This document shows positions 56,350 through 64,000 of a DNA stretch of 64,000 bases, one piece after another. A program made the translations under genes and the position numbers. The notes beneath the pieces were generated by a model that was not told the DNA's origin, made no database searches, and saw nothing but the letters and a program-made list of their open reading frames with translations. This DNA comes from Thermoplasmata archaeon. Its GTDB lineage: Archaea; Thermoplasmatota; Thermoplasmata; Lutacidiplasmatales; UBA184. How positions within the stretch are numbered: the stretch's first letter is position 1; each line of letters begins with the position of its first letter. The stretch is from the NCBI GenBank assembly GCA_035933635.1, contig DASYYY010000005.1, forward strand, positions 4-64,003, read 5' to 3'.

Positions 56350-57803
56350 GCCGGGCCCGTCGTGGCTACGTCGTGGCACCCGAAGGAGAGCCCCCCGCCC
56401 CGCGGCTGTTCGGGACCGACGGGATCCGTCTGGTGGTGGGGCGCGAGCTGACGCCCGAGCTCCTCACGAAGGTCGTCTCGGCGCTCGCGGCCTACCTCCG
56501 GGGTAACGGCGAAGTGCTCCTCGCGCGCGACTTCCGCACGACCTCGGAAGCGATCGCGCGCGTGGTCTCCGGCGGGCTGCTGATGCAGGGCATCCACGTC
56601 CGCGACCTTGGCGTGATGCCCACGCCCTGTCTCCAGTTCAATGTCCGCCACCTCGGGGCGACGATGGGGGTGACCGTGACCGCCTCGCACAACCCCACCG
56701 AGTTCAATGGGCTGAAGCTGACCGGCCCCGAGGGCCTGGAGCTCCCGCGCGACGGCGAGGAGTTCATCGAGCGCTCGATCCACACCGGCGACTTCCCTTC
56801 CGGGACCTGGGACCACGTCGGGGCCTATCGCGCGGATTCCGACGGCATCGACCGGTACCTGCGATCGATCGTTTCCCACGTCGACGTCGAGGCGGTCCGG
56901 CGCTTCGCTCCGACGGTGGTCCTGGACAGCGGCAACGGTACCAGCCTGCTGACGGGGCCGCCGCTGCTGCGCGAGCTCGGCTGCCGCGTGATCACGCTCA
57001 ACGCCAATCCCGACGGATACTTTTCGGGCCGACCCTCCGAGCCGAGCGAGGAGAACCTCGCCGAGCTCCGCCGGGCGGTCGTCGAGTTCGGGGCGGCGGT
57101 CGGGATCGCCCACGACGGCGACTCCGACCGGATCGCATTCGTCGATGAGCAGGGCCGCTACATCCCCGGCGAGGTCGCGCTCGCGGTCTTCGCCCGGGCG
57201 CGACTGAAGGAGCATCCGCACGCGACCATCGTCACCAGCATCACCTCCTCCACGGCCGTCGCCGACGTCGTGCGCGAGATGGGCGGCAGGCTCGTCGAGA
57301 CGCGCTCGGGCTCGCTGCCCGTGGCCCGCGGGGTCGTCGAGAGCCGGGCGATCTTCGCTGGCGAGGAGAACGGCGGCTACTACTGGCCCGAGCACCAGGT
57401 CGCCCGCGACGGTCCGATGAGCTCGGCGAAGATGGTCGAGCTTCTCGCCCACGAGCGTCGGCCCCTCTCGGAGATCGTCGCCGAGATGCCCACCTACACC
57501 GTCCTCAAGACCAAGGTCCCGCTCGCGCAGGAGGCGCTCGCCGCGCGTCCGATCAAGGAGTACGTCGTGCGCGAGGCGCGCCGCCGGCTCGAATCCGGCG
57601 CCCAGCGGCTGATCGACATCGATGGGATCAAGGCCCACTATCCGGACGGCTGGCTCCTGGTCCGACCCAGCGGGACCGAGCCGATCTGCCGGGTGTTCGC
57701 CGAAAGCCGCGACCCCGCGCGCGCCAAGGAGCTGCTGGCCCAGGGCGTGGACCTGGTTCAGGAGCTGCTCGGGGAGTGGAAGCGGCACGCGCCGACGGGG
57801 TGA
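56346..57803 (+). CDS. Phosphohexomutase (phosphomannomutase/phosphoglucosamine mutase family)
   Basis: The active-site Ser motif is VTASHNPTEFNGLK. The metal-binding loop is AHDGDSDR. The sugar-binding region is GEENGGYYWPE. Its start overlaps the GT2 stop by 4 nt. Confidence 0.85.
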   Translation: MSRARRGYVVAPEGEPPAPRLFGTDGIRLVVGRELTPELLTKVVSALAAYLRGNGEVLLARDFRTTSEAIARVVSGGLLMQGIHVRDLGVMPTPCLQFNVRHLGATMGVTVTASHNPTEFNGLKLTGPEGLELPRDGEEFIERSIHTGDFPSGTWDHVGAYRADSDGIDRYLRSIVSHVDVEAVRRFAPTVVLDSGNGTSLLTGPPLLRELGCRVITLNANPDGYFSGRPSEPSEENLAELRRAVVEFGAAVGIAHDGDSDRIAFVDEQGRYIPGEVALAVFARARLKEHPHATIVTSITSSTAVADVVREMGGRLVETRSGSLPVARGVVESRAIFAGEENGGYYWPEHQVARDGPMSSAKMVELLAHERRPLSEIVAEMPTYTVLKTKVPLAQEALAARPIKEYVVREARRRLESGAQRLIDIDGIKAHYPDGWLLVRPSGTEPICRVFAESRDPARAKELLAQGVDLVQELLGEWKRHAPTG

Positions 57804-57851
57804 GCCGCTGGTGCCGGCCGCCGCCGGAATGGCCGCTCGCCCGCGCGGAGA

Positions 57852-58322
57852 TCACGTCGAGGGAGGGGCACCGAACCGCGCGGCCCAGTCGGTCATGAGG
57901 ATGTCCCGAACCGGCTTGTAGACCTGGTCGTAGAACCCACGCCGCGATTCCAGCGTGGCCCGGTCGAACTTGCCGATCCGCTTCTCGGCCTCGGACCACG
58001 CCGCCCGGAAGTTCTCGGTCGTGCCGAACCGGGAGGCCACCTGCCGCTGGAACGCCTCTTCAGTCTGCGGCTCCCCACCGATGATGAAGACGAGCCCATC
58101 GGCGTTCGTGTCCCGCACCGCCTCGTCGTCGCCGAGCTTGTAGTAGGTGCGACCTTCCGACGAGGCGGCGCCTTCGGCGTGTTCGCCCGGGACCCCCGAA
58201 CGGCTCGCCAGGAACCCGCGCTTGGCCGCGGCGTAGAAGATCGCGCGGTTCAAGCCCCACGAGTACGCCGAGTTCCGAGGCAACCCCAACGCCGAGGCGC
58301 GAGCGGCCTGGAGCATGGCCAT
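57852..58322 (-). CDS. Hypothetical protein
   Basis: A 156-aa ORF from MAMLQAARAS with mixed composition and no recognised motif. The coding call is supported only by an uninterrupted frame. Confidence 0.35.
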   Translation of the reverse strand: MAMLQAARASALGLPRNSAYSWGLNRAIFYAAAKRGFLASRSGVPGEHAEGAASSEGRTYYKLGDDEAVRDTNADGLVFIIGGEPQTEEAFQRQVASRFGTTENFRAAWSEAEKRIGKFDRATLESRRGFYDQVYKPVRDILMTDWAARFGAPPST

Positions 58323-58455
58323 CACGGTGAACCGGGAGATCCGGCCCCGGCGCGGCGCGGGCACGATGGTGGCACCCCACCGGTGTGAAAAAGAGGACCG
58401 TCCGAAAACCGAGCCGTTCGCGCCCCGGACCGACCGATCGGCTGGAGGCACCCAG

Positions 58456-58800
58456 CTACCGGGCGGTCAGGGTGACGCTCGTGAACTCGCGGAACAGCAA
58501 CTGCGAGGGTCGGTCGGTGGCGAGGAGCCAGTGGTCGAGGTTGGCGAGGACCTCGCGGTGGGCGTCGCAGGTCCGGTACACCTTCCAGGCCAGCAATGGG
58601 CGGACCGTCACTCCCTCCGAGCGGAGCACGGTGAGTTCATTGCGCGCATGGGCGCGACACGGTCGAACCACGGTGGCGGGGACCGGGTCGGCGAGTCCCT
58701 CGTAGCCGTAGTCCCGGGCCTCCCAGAACTCGCAGTGGGGGTCGGGGATCGAGATCGCGAACGGGTTCTCCTCAGCGAAGTGTGAAACTTCCACGGCCAT
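58456..58800 (-). CDS. Hypothetical protein (several His/Cys)
   Basis: A 114-aa ORF with balanced composition (MAVEVSHFAEENPFAISIPDPHCEFWEARDYGYEG...). No known motif was recognised. Confidence 0.35.
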   Translation of the reverse strand: MAVEVSHFAEENPFAISIPDPHCEFWEARDYGYEGLADPVPATVVRPCRAHARNELTVLRSEGVTVRPLLAWKVYRTCDAHREVLANLDHWLLATDRPSQLLFREFTSVTLTAR

Positions 58801-58880
58801 GGACCAAACTCCCCTCCCGACTTTTTCTACGGGGAGGTTACCTCATATCACCGGGGAGGGGACTGCGACCTCTCCGGCGG

Positions 58881-60137
58881 TCAGGATCGGGGGAGGCGCG
58901 GGGTCGGCGATTCATCGAGACCCCAGCGCCAAACCGATGGGGAGAGCACGAGGAAAACGTTCGTCAGGAGCGTGCCGACTCCGGCGATGAGGTACGCGTT
59001 CGAGATCCCGTACAGGAAGACGAAGACGCCGCCCAGCGCGATCCCCGCCGGGATCATCGCGAAGCTGCCGGCCTCGTCGGTGGCGAAGTAGCGCCCGAGG
59101 TATTCGTCGGGGACGGTGCGGTGGACGCCGGAAAGCCAGGTCGTGTTCCCCACGGACAAGAGCAGGCCGGCGGCGATCTCGAGCGGGACGGCCAGGAGGA
59201 GCGAACGGACGAACGCGAGCGCTACGATGAAGAAACCCACCGAACCCCAGCTCGGCAGGATCCATTGGCCGGGGGCGCGCTCGGCGTGCAAGCGGCTCGG
59301 GAGGACCGCACCGACGGCGAACCCGGCGGTGGTCGCGGCGACGAGAATGCCAAACCCCGCCGCACCCTGCCGGAGCTGGACGGCGACGTAGACGACCTGG
59401 AAGCCGCCCCAGATCGACAGGAAGAAGTTCGCGGCCATCGCCGAGAGCGTGATGATCAACAGGGGCCGCTGCGACCGCAGGTAGCGGAGCCCGGCCGCCA
59501 CCTCCCCGAGCAAGGAGCTCGGTTCCTGGGGCCCCGCCGTCGCTGCCCGGGCCGTCGACGACGGGATCACCATGAGCAGGATCATCGTCGCCGAGATGGC
59601 GAAGGTCAACGCGTTGAACGCGAGCCCGGCGACGGCGCCCACCGTCACGAGGAACACTCCCCCGAGCGGGCTTCCGACGAACTGGGCGACGGTGGTGCCC
59701 CCCTGGAGGAGCCCGTTGCCCTCCGTGACCTCCTCGCGGTCCAGGATACGGGGAACGGTCGCGTTGGTCGCCGGACGGAAGACGGTCGTGAAGGTCGCGG
59801 CCGCGAACATGACGCCGATGAGCAGCCCCGGTATCGCTCCGTAGAGCAGCACGAGCACGGCCAGGGCCCCGAAGCACCCGACCCGCGCCAGGTCGCACCC
59901 GACCAGCACGCGCCGGCGGTCGAGCCGGTCGATCAACGCCCCGGCCAGCAGCCCGAACGCGAGGGTCGGGACGAACTGGACGATCCCGAGCAGCGAGACG
60001 GCGAGGGCGGAGCCGGTGGTACTGTAGACGAGCCAGGTCACCACCAGGGTCCCGACGGCCGCACCCAGGGAGGACGTGACCGAACCGATCCAGAGCCGCC
60101 GGAAGTTCGGCCGGCGTAGGACCGTTGAGGCGTTCAT
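58881..60137 (-). CDS. MFS transporter (EntS/enterobactin-exporter-like)
   Basis: A 12-TM protein starting MNASTVLRRPNFRRLWIGSVTSSLG, with the MFS loop motif GALIDRLDRRRV. Confidence 0.75.
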   Translation of the reverse strand: MNASTVLRRPNFRRLWIGSVTSSLGAAVGTLVVTWLVYSTTGSALAVSLLGIVQFVPTLAFGLLAGALIDRLDRRRVLVGCDLARVGCFGALAVLVLLYGAIPGLLIGVMFAAATFTTVFRPATNATVPRILDREEVTEGNGLLQGGTTVAQFVGSPLGGVFLVTVGAVAGLAFNALTFAISATMILLMVIPSSTARAATAGPQEPSSLLGEVAAGLRYLRSQRPLLIITLSAMAANFFLSIWGGFQVVYVAVQLRQGAAGFGILVAATTAGFAVGAVLPSRLHAERAPGQWILPSWGSVGFFIVALAFVRSLLLAVPLEIAAGLLLSVGNTTWLSGVHRTVPDEYLGRYFATDEAGSFAMIPAGIALGGVFVFLYGISNAYLIAGVGTLLTNVFLVLSPSVWRWGLDESPTPRLPRS

Positions 60138-60670
60138 TCCGCCGCGGACCCGGCATCCCGGAGTTCCCGTATGCGTGTCTCCCACTCCGGGAGCGGGACT
60201 CCGTCGAGCTGGGCCACGAGCCGGTCGAGGAAGGCCTCGGCGCCCGCCCGGAAGCCTCGGGCCGTGCTCGGGGTCAGGTCGCGGTGCGTCAGCGTCAGCA
60301 GCGTGCCGTCCTCGAACGGGGCGAGCTCCCAGCGGACGACGCTGACCTCCCCCTTGGGGAATCCGGCGCTGGGATCGACGTTCCACTCATGCTCGAACAG
60401 TCGGGGCGGCTCCCACGCGAGGACCCGCCCGGTCGCCCGCACACGAAAGCTCCCGGTGGTCGACTCGACCCGGCCACCGACCCTCCCCTCGATATGGACC
60501 TCCGAGAGGTACCAGTGGCGGAGCTCGGCGGGATCGGTGATCGCCGTCCAGACCCGCTCGGGGGGGTGGCGCAGGAATCGACGGAGCTCGAGAACCGCCC
60601 GCCCCCCGACCGATCGATCGGCGTGGAGGGCCGCCGCGTTCGGCGGCGGCCGATGGGGAACGCCGCTCAT
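60134..60670 (-). CDS. SRPBCC / AHSA1-like protein (second copy)
   Basis: VLELRRFLRHPPERVWTAITDPAELRHWY is an AHSA1/Polyketide_cyc2 N-terminal block. The gene overlaps the upstream ArsR gene by 4 nt. Confidence 0.7.
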   Translation of the reverse strand: MSGVPHRPPPNAAALHADRSVGGRAVLELRRFLRHPPERVWTAITDPAELRHWYLSEVHIEGRVGGRVESTTGSFRVRATGRVLAWEPPRLFEHEWNVDPSAGFPKGEVSVVRWELAPFEDGTLLTLTHRDLTPSTARGFRAGAEAFLDRLVAQLDGVPLPEWETRIRELRDAGSAAE

Positions 60671-61029
60671 CGGTGCCCCCGGGACCCGGCGCGCTTGGCC
60701 GTGGGCGCCGGTGTGCGATCGAGGAACGATTCGAGCGCGTCGAGTTCGGTCTTCCAGTACTCTCGGTACTTCGACAACCACGCGTCCACGGAGGCGAACC
60801 CGTCGGAGCGCAGCGAGTAGAACCGGTGGCGGCTCTCGAGGCGGACCCGGACCAGTCCCGACTCGCGAAGCACCCTTAGATGCCGCGACAGCCCCGGCTG
60901 GCTGACCGTCGGGAAGGCGCGCCCCAGCTCACCGGCGCTCCGCTCGCGACGCGTCAAGAGATCGAGCAGCTGCCGTCGCGTCGGGTCCGCCAGAGCGCCG
61001 AAGGCGTCCATAGCTCGCGACGGTTCCAT
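60667..61029 (-). CDS. ArsR/SmtB-family transcriptional regulator (second copy)
   Basis: LADPTRRQLLDLLTRRERSAGELGRAFPTVSQPGLSRHLRVLRESGLV matches the HTH of the 42638..43018 product. Confidence 0.75.
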   Translation of the reverse strand: MEPSRAMDAFGALADPTRRQLLDLLTRRERSAGELGRAFPTVSQPGLSRHLRVLRESGLVRVRLESRHRFYSLRSDGFASVDAWLSKYREYWKTELDALESFLDRTPAPTAKRAGSRGHR

Positions 61030-61115
61030 AACCGCGCCGCTAATTATCGTGGAGGGCGAAAGCGTCGTGGCCGGTGGCGCGGCGAAATCAAGCGAGAGGG
61101 CCGACCGCACAATAC

Positions 61116-61131
61116 ATAACTAAAAAGTTAT
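61116..61131. promoter_or_regulatory. Perfect 6-bp inverted repeat, ATAACT-AAAA-AGTTAT, inside an AT-rich island; a candidate operator
   Basis: The palindrome sits in acaatacataactaaaaagttatattcagg, one of very few AT-rich stretches in the window. It lies between the divergent ArsR operon and the VOC gene. A TTATATT box is adjacent. Confidence 0.25.
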
Positions 61132-61193
61132 ATTCAGGTCAGGGCTGGGCCCCTCGTTGCGTCGCCGCGTGCGGCGCGCTCCCGAGGCATGCG

Positions 61194-61610
61194 ATGGAGG
61201 GCAAGATCACCCAGGTGACGCTCGTCGTGACCGACCAGGCCAAGGCGCTGAACTTCTACACCGAGAAGGTCGGCTTCGAGAAGAAGACCGACGTGGCGGT
61301 GCCCGCCGGCTACCGTTGGGTGACGGTCGGACCGAAGGGCCAGGACCTCGAGCTCGCCCTCTGGGCCGTGGGCACCGCGGCCGACCCCGAGCAGGCCCAG
61401 TGGACCAAGCATTGGGCGCCCGCCAAGGCGCCCCCGATCGTGCTGCGGGTCGCGGACTGCCGCAAGACCCACGCCGAGCTGAGCGCGCGGGGCGTCGAGT
61501 TTCCCCAGCCCCCCAAGGAGTATCCCTGGGGGGTGTCGGCGACCTTCAAGGACCCCGACGGCAATCTCTTTTCCCTGAGCCAGCCGCCCGCCGCGTGGTC
61601 GAAGGGTTAG
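61194..61610 (+). CDS. VOC-family (glyoxalase/bleomycin-resistance) protein
   Basis: QVTLVVTDQAKALNFYTEKVGFEK...FKDPDGNLFSL is typical of the glyoxalase/VOC fold. Confidence 0.75.
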   Translation: MEGKITQVTLVVTDQAKALNFYTEKVGFEKKTDVAVPAGYRWVTVGPKGQDLELALWAVGTAADPEQAQWTKHWAPAKAPPIVLRVADCRKTHAELSARGVEFPQPPKEYPWGVSATFKDPDGNLFSLSQPPAAWSKG

Positions 61611-61643
61611 CCGTACCCTGTGGCAAGGGCCCGCCGGGTTGCG

Positions 61644-62522
61644 TTACGATTCGGCGATCGCCTGGGAGAGCGCCGAAGCCTTGTTGGGCCCGACGTCGGT
61701 CCGGAGCGCACGCGAAGCCAAGACCAGCGCGAGCCCGACGAACAGCGCGGCCCACGCAAGCAGGCCGGCGAGGTAGACCCCGACCGAGTAGGGGTAACCT
61801 GCGGTCCCGAACAGGCTCATCCGCATGACGTTCACCGCCAGGGAGATCGGATTCACCGCGACGATGTACTGCAGCCAGGCCGGCATGATGTTCACGGGGT
61901 ACATCGCGTTCGAGGTGAGTAGGATCGGGAGCTGGAGGATGGTCACCACGCCGAAGTAGCTCTCGATGCGCTGGGCGGCGAAGCCGAACGACAGGAACAG
62001 GGCGGTGAAGGCCACCGAGAGCACGAGCGCGGCGGCGAGGAATTGTGCCGCGTCGAGGACGGTGACCCCGGCACCCACGGTCAGACCCGCGACGTTGGGC
62101 ACGTGGGCGAGGAGGAGCGCGAACCCCACAACGAGGAAGGCCGGTATCAGCGTCAGGATCCCGCGGAACACCAGCGACGCCAGGAAGACCGCCCGGCGGG
62201 AGATCGGCGTGGAGAGGATCCGCTGGAGGATCCCGAGCTGCTTGTCGAAGATGATCCCGGTCCCCGAGAACATCGCCGCCGTCACCGAGGCGAAGGCGAC
62301 CATCCCGACGGCGAAGTAGGAAAAGTAGTTCGGCGCGCCGCTGAGCACCTGCGCGAGCGCGCCGGCCGGCGTTCCGGGAGGCAGCAACTTGCCCAGGTCG
62401 AACGCCTGGCCGAACAACAGGAGGTACAGGATCGGGCTCATCAGACCCGAGATGACCCAGGTTGGGGCCCGGATCCAGCGCAGGTACTCGCGTCGGATCA
62501 GCGACAGCGCCGGGAACATCAT
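61644..62522 (-). CDS. ABC-2 type transporter permease (second pair)
   Basis: A 292-aa protein with 6 TM helices, overlapped by 4 nt with the upstream ATPase gene. Confidence 0.7.
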   Translation of the reverse strand: MMFPALSLIRREYLRWIRAPTWVISGLMSPILYLLLFGQAFDLGKLLPPGTPAGALAQVLSGAPNYFSYFAVGMVAFASVTAAMFSGTGIIFDKQLGILQRILSTPISRRAVFLASLVFRGILTLIPAFLVVGFALLLAHVPNVAGLTVGAGVTVLDAAQFLAAALVLSVAFTALFLSFGFAAQRIESYFGVVTILQLPILLTSNAMYPVNIMPAWLQYIVAVNPISLAVNVMRMSLFGTAGYPYSVGVYLAGLLAWAALFVGLALVLASRALRTDVGPNKASALSQAIAES

Positions 62523-63589
62523 GGGCGCTCTCCTTCGCCGGCGGTCGGGGTCGGTGGCGCGGCCGCCTCCGGCTTCGGGGTTTCCCCCTCCTCGCGGTAG
62601 GCACGTCCGGTGAGGTCGAGGAAGACCTCATCGAGGGTGGGCTTGACGACGGTGACGCCTCGGACGGTGATTCCGGCCTGCTCGGCGGTCAGCACGACCT
62701 TCGGGACGAGCTGCTCGCCGCTCAGGCACTTCACCCGGTAGGTGTCGTCGCGGCGGGTCACCGCCTTGACGCCCGGCATTTTTTGCACCAGGGGAGCCAG
62801 GTCGGGGGAGCCGGGCGCGACCGTGACCTCCAGGGAATCCCCGCCGACGCCGTCCTTGAGCTGCTTGGGAGTTCCCAGGGCGATGATCTTGCCGTGGTCG
62901 ATGACCGCGATCCGGTCGCAGAGTTGGTCGGCCTCGTCGAGGTAGTGGGTCGTCATGAACACCGTCATGCCCTCGTTTTCCCGCAGCGAACGGATGTAGC
63001 TCCAGAAGCCGGCGCGGCCCTGGGGGTCCAGCCCCAGCGTCGGCTCGTCCAGGAACAGCAGCTTGGGGCCGTGGACCATCCCGACGGCGAGTTCGAGACG
63101 CCGACGCATCCCCCCCGAGTAGGTCTTGACGAAGCGATCACCGACGGTAGCGAGGTCCATCCGGGCGAGGAGCTCGGTGATGCGCGCGCTCACCGCCGGT
63201 CCGGACTGGCCGTAGAGTCCGGCCTGCAGCATCATGTTCTCGCGCCCGGTAAGCTCCTCGTCCGCGGTGGACTTCTGGAACACCAGCCCGAGCATGCGTC
63301 GGACCTCGTCCGGGCGGACCGCCACGTCGAGCCCCTCGACGGTAGCGTGGCCCGAGGTGGGCTTGAGCAGGGTCGTAAGGATCGAGATCGTCGTCGTCTT
63401 GCCCGCTCCGTTCGGGCCGAGGAAGCCGAAGATCTCACCCCGGCCGACGTAGAAGCCGACCCCGTCGAGCGCAACGGTCGGCGACGCCTCGGCGTTCGGC
63501 CCGGGGTAGACCATGCGCAGGTCCGAGACGGTAATCACCGCGTTCGGGTGCACTGCGGGGTCGGGAGCCGAGACGACCGCTCCTTGCAT
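62519..63589 (-). CDS. ABC transporter ATP-binding protein (second pair)
   Basis: Walker A is GPNGAGKTT, the signature is YSGGMRRRLELA, and Walker B is LLFLDEPT. The start was taken at MQGAVVS. Confidence 0.85.
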   Translation of the reverse strand: MQGAVVSAPDPAVHPNAVITVSDLRMVYPGPNAEASPTVALDGVGFYVGRGEIFGFLGPNGAGKTTTISILTTLLKPTSGHATVEGLDVAVRPDEVRRMLGLVFQKSTADEELTGRENMMLQAGLYGQSGPAVSARITELLARMDLATVGDRFVKTYSGGMRRRLELAVGMVHGPKLLFLDEPTLGLDPQGRAGFWSYIRSLRENEGMTVFMTTHYLDEADQLCDRIAVIDHGKIIALGTPKQLKDGVGGDSLEVTVAPGSPDLAPLVQKMPGVKAVTRRDDTYRVKCLSGEQLVPKVVLTAEQAGITVRGVTVVKPTLDEVFLDLTGRAYREEGETPKPEAAAPPTPTAGEGERP

Positions 63590-63947
63590 CGGTTCGTGCC
63601 TCCTGTTCCGTCCCCCACGCGCCACCCTCTATCTCTTCACCTGTGCTCCGACCCCACGCTCCCGCTCTTGTCCACCCCCTCCGGTTTCCCTCCGTACGAT
63701 CGTCGACGACCCCTCCAGTTTGCGCTCGTAGTCGTAGGGTCCAAAGACGACATGGCGTAGGCGTTCGGCACTCCAGGGCTGTAGGTACTCGGCCGCGATC
63801 ACGACGCCGGGACGCCCGGGCGGGGTGATGCTGGCGACGCACCGCGGAGGCTCACGACGGGTGATTCCCGGGCGCGCGGGCGCGGAAGCGTCGCGGCAGG
63901 GCCGAAAGTTATGAGGCGCCGAAAGGCTCCCTTCGAGAATCCCTGCT

Positions 63948-64000
63948 GGGCCCGTAGTATAGCTTGGACATCACAGAGGCCTCCGGAGCCTCGAACCCGG
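63948..64000 (+). tRNA. Possible tRNA-Arg (anticodon CCG), truncated by the window edge
   Basis: GGGCCCG-TA-... opens like a typical archaeal tRNA acceptor. A perfect anticodon stem-loop GAGGC-CTCCGGA-GCCTC has U33, anticodon CCG and G37. The D-stem pairing is poor (GTAT/TCAC), and the 3' half is outside the window. Confidence 0.35.

Noticed and set aside
1-64000. A haloarchaeal origin, suggested by roughly 68% GC in an archaeon.
   Set aside because: The predicted proteins are not enriched in Asp/Glu, and several carry Lys-rich tails. The proteome looks non-halophilic.
1-64000. Mobile elements, integrases, prophage or rRNA genes.
   Set aside because: No transposase, integrase, phage-like ORFs, terminal inverted repeats or rRNA-like conserved stretches were recognised. 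The only non-coding genes seen are the tRNA-Leu and a possible truncated tRNA.

Overview
This window looks like a high-GC (roughly two-thirds G+C by eye) archaeal chromosome segment that is densely coding on both strands. The archaeal assignment rests on recognisable archaeal information-processing genes: RNA polymerase subunit L (Rpo11); transcription factor S; the cluster Rpo7(E')-Spt4(E'')-DUF359-ribosomal protein S24e-S27a; archaeal-type AspRS and ProRS; archaeal GAPDH; Alba; and the RNA 2'-phosphotransferase KptA. The proteins are not acidic, so the lineage is not haloarchaeal despite the GC content. Most of the window is housekeeping genes (purD, gdhA, thiL, acyl-CoA dehydrogenase, ALDH, fumarase/aspartase-family lyase, aminotransferase, menG/ubiE, tRNA methyltransferase, phosphohexomutase, glycosyltransferases), transporters, and small ArsR-family and HxlR-family regulators. 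Five things stand out. (1) A tightly packed minus-strand operon encodes a STAND-like AAA ATPase-TPR protein, a truncated TPR-only paralog, and menG. (2) A 1530-aa histidine kinase carries about 10 tandem PAS domains and is followed by two stand-alone receiver proteins. (3) Lys/Ala/Pro-rich C-terminal tails are appended to S24e, S27a and Rpo7. (4) Two tandem paralogous secreted proteins are dense in N-glycosylation sequons, and there are two homologs of G1 (eqolisin) glutamic peptidases. (5) ArsR-AHSA1/SRPBCC modules are duplicated next to AT-rich islands. One tRNA-Leu(GAG) lies on the minus strand, and a probable truncated tRNA at the 3' window edge is called only at low confidence. No CRISPR array, rRNA or obvious mobile element was seen. 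Many long ORFs in the six-frame track are GC-driven antisense artefacts and are not reported as genes.
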